NCBI GenBank assembly: GCA_047617745.1
Contig: JBLGBN010000018.1
Span: 1-19,174 of the forward strand
Length of the DNA stretch: 19,174 nt
Direction of reading: 5' to 3'
Origin: Candidatus Nanohaloarchaea archaeon
GTDB lineage: Archaea; Nanohalarchaeota; Nanosalinia; Nanosalinales; Nanosalinaceae
Below, piece after piece: positions 16,536-19,174 of this stretch. The notes under the pieces are model-generated. The model ran no database searches, was not told the DNA's origin, and worked only from the letters and a program-made list of their open reading frames with translations. Numbering within the stretch: the first letter of the stretch is position 1; the number at the start of each line of letters is the position of its first letter. The translations under genes were made by a program, and so were the position numbers.

Positions 16536-16639
16536 GGATCTGAACAGTCACGAATGAAACCGCAGTTGCCGCATTTCAGCTCACATGCAACAAACTTTCT
16601 CATCTCTGAACCGCAACGCCAACAGGTTGTATCAACCAT
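16532..16639 (-). CDS. Cys-rich zinc-finger microprotein (35 aa), resembling the haloarchaeal HVO_2523-like type
   Basis: MVDTTCWRCGSEMRKFVACELKCGNCGFIRDCSDP* has two CxxCG knuckles and a terminal DCSD. It starts 4 nt after the LEA-2 stop. The family resemblance is from recall, not a search. Confidence 0.75.
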   Translation of the reverse strand: MVDTTCWRCGSEMRKFVACELKCGNCGFIRDCSDP

Positions 16640-16643
16640 CTTC

Positions 16644-17792
16644 CTAAAGTATTGCATCCGTTAGACTTCCACTATCGTTTGAACCATTTGAACTGTCGTC
16701 ATCTCCAAGCAAACCATCTGAACCGGAATCCGAGCCACTATCATTATCAGATACTCCAAATCCAAGTCCAAGCGATTCCTCCTCACACCCGGTAAATTCC
16801 GAAGCGGTTTCCTGGTCATCCACAAGTATACCGGTCTGGAAGCTGAAACCACAGCTTAAACCACCGTTCCTAGGGATCTGGAATGTCTGACCGGCTATAT
16901 CGAACCCAAGTCGCAGGTTGATTTCTCCGCTGGTCTGTTCATCTCTGGAAGCATGGCTCACAAACCAGTCATCAATATCCTCGTTGGACATATCCACTCT
17001 GAGCTTGACCTCCTGGTTTTCACCGGGAGCGATCATACCGTTTTCGGGAGCGCTGGTTACTGCAACCTCATTCGCCTGCCATTTCGCTATCTCGATAGAG
17101 TTCATATTCAGCTCTCCGTTGAACTGAGGGACCGGAATCGGGTAGCTGTTAGGGTTCCGGACATTCAGCGTGACAAGGAGCGGTGTTTTTTCCCGGGTTA
17201 CTCTGCCAAACTCTGCACTTCCATCAACGATCTCTATCTCGGTCTCAGAAATCTCTGCGCCTGTTGGACTCCAGGAGTACGTTCCCTGAACCTGTCCGAT
17301 TGCCTGATCCATCTTTGATTCGAGGTCGGTTTCTATACTGTCCGAATAACTTATCCCATCCAGAGTAATTGATCGGTTGAGGATCCGGTAGTCAATGGTA
17401 AGAGGTACCTCAAGCTGGGATACCTCATCATTTCTAAGGTGCCGAACCCACCAGTCAGGAACCTTCTCCGGCTTTAAAGTGGTCTCGACTTCGACAGTGT
17501 TGTTATCTTCCGCAGCTATATTGAGGCCATCCTTGAAGCCCTCTGCCAGTTCAACATCATTCATTTTCACACGGTATGCTATATCTAGGCCGGAAATGTT
17601 GATACCGAAGGAGTTAGGGTTGTGGACATATCCCTGGCTGGTGATATTGATCGAGTTCTCAGTCACTGCTCCCCAGTCCCCGCGGTCCTCAAGCCCGTAC
17701 TGAGGTTTTTCAATAATTCCTGCAGCGACAGCGCCGCCACCTGCAACTATCAGAAGTCCCAGCGCGCCGAGAATTTTCTTTGAAAGTATCAT
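16644..17792 (-). CDS. LEA type 2 (WHy) tandem-domain membrane-anchored protein
   Basis: N-terminal TM; two repeats (VHNPNSFGI...MND...WWVRHLRNDEVS and VRNPNSYPI...MNS...WFVSHASRDEQT); D/S/G-rich tail. Confidence 0.85.
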   Translation of the reverse strand: MILSKKILGALGLLIVAGGGAVAAGIIEKPQYGLEDRGDWGAVTENSINITSQGYVHNPNSFGINISGLDIAYRVKMNDVELAEGFKDGLNIAAEDNNTVEVETTLKPEKVPDWWVRHLRNDEVSQLEVPLTIDYRILNRSITLDGISYSDSIETDLESKMDQAIGQVQGTYSWSPTGAEISETEIEIVDGSAEFGRVTREKTPLLVTLNVRNPNSYPIPVPQFNGELNMNSIEIAKWQANEVAVTSAPENGMIAPGENQEVKLRVDMSNEDIDDWFVSHASRDEQTSGEINLRLGFDIAGQTFQIPRNGGLSCGFSFQTGILVDDQETASEFTGCEEESLGLGFGVSDNDSGSDSGSDGLLGDDDSSNGSNDSGSLTDAIL

Positions 17793-17831
17793 ACTTCTAG
17801 TTTTTATAGAGAGTGTTAAACGTTTTGTTCT

Positions 17832-18137
17832 TCAGTACCACTCAGGTTCAGAAATCTTGATGTCGCCGTAAACCTTTACCTGGCACGACAGCCGGAAATC
17901 ACCTTCAAGCACTTCCTCACCCTGGAAACGCCTTAAAGTATTTTTTTCGTCTTCCTGCATATCGGACACGTTTTCCGCTCCCTCCTCTATCTTGATCCTG
18001 CAGGTTGTGCAGTTGCAGAAACCTCCACAGGCGTGCATCCACTCGACACCACCCTCCAGCAGAGCGTTTAGAACATCCTGACCATCTTCTGCCTCAACTT
18101 CTTCATCCCTGTCAACTACCTCGATTGTGTGAGTCAT
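17832..18137 (-). CDS. 2Fe-2S ferredoxin (adrenodoxin/ISC-Fdx-like)
   Basis: HACGGFCNCTTC...RLSCQ (Cx5Cx2C...C). Confidence 0.92.
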   Translation of the reverse strand: MTHTIEVVDRDEEVEAEDGQDVLNALLEGGVEWMHACGGFCNCTTCRIKIEEGAENVSDMQEDEKNTLRRFQGEEVLEGDFRLSCQVKVYGDIKISEPEWY

Positions 18138-18175
18138 CTTTCTGTCTAAATTGATTGGATATCAGATTTTTAACT

Positions 18176-19174
18176 TCAGAGGAAAGAGGCTGAAACCCCT
18201 AGCAGCAGTGAGAGCAGTAGCAGCGCCCACATAGCCAGAGAGAATCTGTTGACGTTCACTATCCCATCCTCTCCTACAAACTCTGAAGTGAATGTTTCAA
18301 ATACCAGTCCTCCATCCAGTGGTTTGATCGGTGCCATGTTGAATAGACCGATCAGGAAGTTCAGGAAGGCAACAGTAGTTAGCAGTGAAATGAACCAGCT
18401 TAAACCGTCCTGATAATCCGAGTACTGGTCTTTTACCGTGTTCTGCTGCCCCATCAGTATCCCTATGTATCCGCCTTCGTCACCTTCTCTGTCAGTTGCG
18501 GTTACTGTAAAGTTACCCTCTGAAGTCCAGAGGGTCACCTCGTCGCCTACCTGCACCCTTTCAGTAATGTTTCTGAGTTGATCAAAGGATTCAACTCTCT
18601 CACCATTCACAGCGATTATTGTTCCGTTATCCATTCCTGCTTCTTGAGCAGGATACCCTTCCTGGGCGTTGTAGAAGAGTGTTGGTGAAGTCAGTGCTGC
18701 TGTGAGGCCTGTAGCCATCAGTATGAATAGTGCTGCGGTTATGTAGTTAGCGAAGCTTCCGGCGCATAGAACTTTCAGTCTTGACTTCCAGTTGCCGACA
18801 TCCCAGGTAGCCTGAGATTCGTCCTCTTGTTCTCCATCTTCGTCTCCGGGTAGCATCTTTTCGCCTTCCGGCTCTACAAATGCTCCAAGCGGGAGGATCC
18901 CAACAATTACCCAGCCAACTGATCTGAGTTCAATATCTTCTGCTCTTGCAACTATTCCGTGGCTGAGTTCGTGGACTGTCATCATAATTATAATCGAGAT
19001 AACCCAGTATTCCGCGGGTACAAAGCTTACTCCTGCCTGGAAAGTGGTCTCCGAGACAGTTCCGGGAAGAATAAGAGATGGCCCGTTCTGCGCTGACTGT
19101 CTCGCGATCATATCATAGAACGTGTATAGAAGCATTGCCAGTGCCGCAAATACGCTGATCAAGCCGGTGAAGAC
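18176..19174 (-). CDS. Site-2 protease (M50 family) with PDZ domain (5' partial)
   Basis: VHELSHG, GAFVEP, AGSFAN, a PDZ segment (YPAQEAGM...IIAVNG) and NMAPIKPLDGG; the frame stays open to the window edge. Confidence 0.93.
   Translation of the reverse strand, partial: VFTGLISVFAALAMLLYTFYDMIARQSAQNGPSLILPGTVSETTFQAGVSFVPAEYWVISIIIMMTVHELSHGIVARAEDIELRSVGWVIVGILPLGAFVEPEGEKMLPGDEDGEQEDESQATWDVGNWKSRLKVLCAGSFANYITAALFILMATGLTAALTSPTLFYNAQEGYPAQEAGMDNGTIIAVNGERVESFDQLRNITERVQVGDEVTLWTSEGNFTVTATDREGDEGGYIGILMGQQNTVKDQYSDYQDGLSWFISLLTTVAFLNFLIGLFNMAPIKPLDGGLVFETFTSEFVGEDGIVNVNRFSLAMWALLLLSLLLGVSASFL

Noticed and set aside
1..19174. CRISPR array, IS element or provirus
   Set aside because: No regularly spaced repeats, transposase, terminal inverted repeats or viral hallmark genes were seen.

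Overview
Gene-dense archaeal chromosomal segment with strongly acidic proteins, moderate GC, short intergenic spacers and archaeal marker genes (uL16/L10e, Dph2, CTP-dependent riboflavin kinase, haloarchaeal-type SOD, tRNA-Asp without encoded CCA). It most resembles a nanohaloarchaeon (DPANN); this assignment is inferred. From left to right it holds: a minus-strand sugar-nucleotide operon (Gfo/Idh/MocA dehydrogenase, a degenerate GlmU paralog, an intact GlmU, and a HAD-phosphohexomutase fusion missed by the ORF track); an RHH regulator; rpl10e; a PEP-synthase-like protein lacking its catalytic His; dph2; a kinase-like / metallophosphatase / small acidic protein trio; an FAD oxidoreductase; a processive-type GT2; tRNA-Asp; TauE; SOD; RibK; a LEA-2 protein; a 2Fe-2S ferredoxin; and a site-2 protease. 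Four Cys-rich zinc-finger-like microproteins and one structured small ORF lie in the gaps. No mobile element or CRISPR array was seen. The best candidates for new biology are the kinase-phosphatase cassette, the two apparent pseudoenzymes, the HAD-mutase fusion and the convergent Zn-finger microprotein pair.
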